From an uncultured bacterium (GTDB lineage: Bacteria; Oederibacteriota; Oederibacteriia; Oederibacteriales; Oederibacteriaceae), in assembly GCA_965112635.1 (NCBI GenBank), contig OZ218778.1, positions 256,001 through 320,000 on the forward strand: a stretch of 64,000 bases of DNA, read 5' to 3'. The translations under genes and the position numbers were made by a program. Under the pieces are notes generated by a model. That model was not told the DNA's origin. It was given only the letters and a program-made list of their open reading frames with translations, and ran no database searches. Positions 62,441 to 64,000 of the stretch are shown in pieces. Position 1 is the stretch's first letter. Each line of letters begins with the position of its first letter.

Positions 62441-62496
62441 CTTTAACTTTTTTCTGCCGGTTTTGATTTTGGAGGATACAGCTACATTTCCAATTT

Positions 62497-64000
62497 CTAT
62501 CGTAAAACTTGTTCTAAATACTGCCCGCTATATTTGATATTCCATGCTTCCTGCTTGCAACAATAATCCAAAACGGGTCTTATTATTTTTAAAGGCGGAT
62601 GGATCCTGGCTATAGCTTTGGCTGTAGGCAAACACAGCGACCAGTCGGTCAAAAAAGGCAACAGCTGAGGGACCGCTTGCCTGGCTGCCGGCCCCATCTG
62701 GCCCAAAGCCAAGATGGCGCCGAAACGCAACCGGCCGTGGCTCAAAGCTTCCCTGAGGAACAGGATGGTCTTGGGACTTGGCCCCATCTTGCCCAAAGAG
62801 TAGAGTGCCATGTTTTGCAGGTCTTCCGTCGCAGAGGGATCCGCAATAATCATTTCTATTTTGTGGGTCACGGCTTCCGGATGAGAGAACTTCGACGATA
62901 GTGCATAAATGGCTGCCAGGGCATCCTCTTCATTGGTTGTTTTTAAATTTACCAGAAAATCCTTATTCCCCACCTCAGGGACCGGCAAAGAAACTGCCGA
63001 CCAGAATGGTTCTGCCTCGGTCTTTCTGGAAAGGTCAAAGCAGATATAGTCTTTGCCCTGTTCCACGGCAGCCCCAGGGCCAATCCAGTTACTGAAAAAA
63101 CTCACCATCCCCGGATAAAGAACGGGTTTGTGAAGAATGATATATCTAACCTGATTAGTTTGCAGGAATGCGCGCCATTTCTCGATCTCCAAGGGAAGCG
63201 GAGAAAAAGAATCTGGTACTTTTTGTCGCTGCACCAGGTCGTTGATCACCCATTCTGAAACAAGGGCATCCCAGGTTTTACGCGGAATCCTGGAAATATA
63301 GCCGGAAACAATGTTCTTGGCATGGAACATCTGGTAGGTCTGCGCCTGGACCGGCATATGCCTGCCGTACGTGATAAGCCCGTCGCGGATGACCAAGGGC
63401 ACTTCTAAGACAGTGCATTCCCCCGGCACGGTTGCGATCTCGTGGTAAACCTGCGGGATGTCAGGAAAAGGTAAAAGAGGAAAGGGCATACATAAATAAT
63501 CCAATAGTAGTCCAGCGACAGTTAAAGATCCGCCTAGAAAACGCAGTTTCCTACGATCGCTTAAGGCTTTCTTCCAGCGGTCCCAACCAAATCCCGCCAA
63601 AAGAGCCAGGCAAAGCATTCCCGGCACCATCAATCTTGCGGGAGCCCTAAAATTTCGGATAATTGGTAAATATTGGGTCAATAAAAATGGCAATGGTATT
63701 GGAACTCCCCTGATTGTGAACAATGAACTGGTGACCCGCAAAGCCGGACCCAAACTGAACACAAGAAATAAAATGAATAAAAACAGCCACACTTTGACCT
63801 TGAATTCCCTGTGTCCGCCCAGTACTAGGCCGGACAGTAAAAGGATTAGGCTGGTCCAGCCCAGATAGACCGTACATTCAAAAACATCCTGGGGGTGCTG
63901 GTTAAAAATTGTTTTGAAAATAGGATGTTGATAGGAAGGGGTAATCAACCCGCTTAAAGTGGAAACGTTTTGACTGACGAACCAATAATTGGTTTTGAAG
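62497..64000 (-). CDS. Polytopic membrane protein (GT-C-like) with C-terminal HEAT repeats, 5' truncated by window
   Basis: YLG, FSLGP, FRAPAR, VLEVP, H.KNIVSGYISR; C-terminal ALGQMGPAARQAVPQL repeats. Confidence 0.65.
   Translation of the reverse strand, partial: FKTNYWFVSQNVSTLSGLITPSYQHPIFKTIFNQHPQDVFECTVYLGWTSLILLLSGLVLGGHREFKVKVWLFLFILFLVFSLGPALRVTSSLFTIRGVPIPLPFLLTQYLPIIRNFRAPARLMVPGMLCLALLAGFGWDRWKKALSDRRKLRFLGGSLTVAGLLLDYLCMPFPLLPFPDIPQVYHEIATVPGECTVLEVPLVIRDGLITYGRHMPVQAQTYQMFHAKNIVSGYISRIPRKTWDALVSEWVINDLVQRQKVPDSFSPLPLEIEKWRAFLQTNQVRYIILHKPVLYPGMVSFFSNWIGPGAAVEQGKDYICFDLSRKTEAEPFWSAVSLPVPEVGNKDFLVNLKTTNEEDALAAIYALSSKFSHPEAVTHKIEMIIADPSATEDLQNMALYSLGKMGPSPKTILFLREALSHGRLRFGAILALGQMGPAARQAVPQLLPFLTDWSLCLPTAKAIARIHPPLKIIRPVLDYCCKQEAWNIKYSGQYLEQVLR

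Overview
This is a gene-dense 64 kb stretch of a diderm bacterial chromosome with no rRNA, tRNA or CRISPR array that I can see. In order it holds: a TonB-dependent receptor/ExbBD/TonB plus CbiMQO-type Ni/Co uptake operon; arsC-acr3; a PAS hybrid kinase; a GH2 beta-galactosidase; three URO-D-like proteins; a Zn/Mn-type uptake operon; a TetR-controlled TolC/HlyD/ABC efflux operon; an HTH plus degenerate Doc pair; a DEAD-box helicase; xylB; a ~17 kb signalling cluster; TolC-MacAB with a divergent OmpR-family two-component system; an ArnT-like glycosyltransferase; trpB2 and small genes. The main unexplained signals are: (1) an intact 2,779-bp IS1595-family element (24-bp TIRs, 8-bp TSD) carrying an adenine methyltransferase and a putative restriction endonuclease, inserted between the glycosyltransferase start codon and a promoter that shares a triple-repeat box with the tolC-macAB promoter; (2) two successive small Cys/His-rich upstream ORFs in front of metal-transport genes, one an unannotated 23-aa CxxC-x3-H-x3-CC peptide followed by a terminator, the other a DUF2946/CruR-like CxxC...KAPP uORF; (3) an internally deleted mini-Crp/Fnr copy, two His-less pseudokinases, a likely ATT start for the helicase and a 37-aa membrane peptide. 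Four single-base frameshifts are probably sequencing errors. All product calls rest on motif recognition by eye; no database searches were run.
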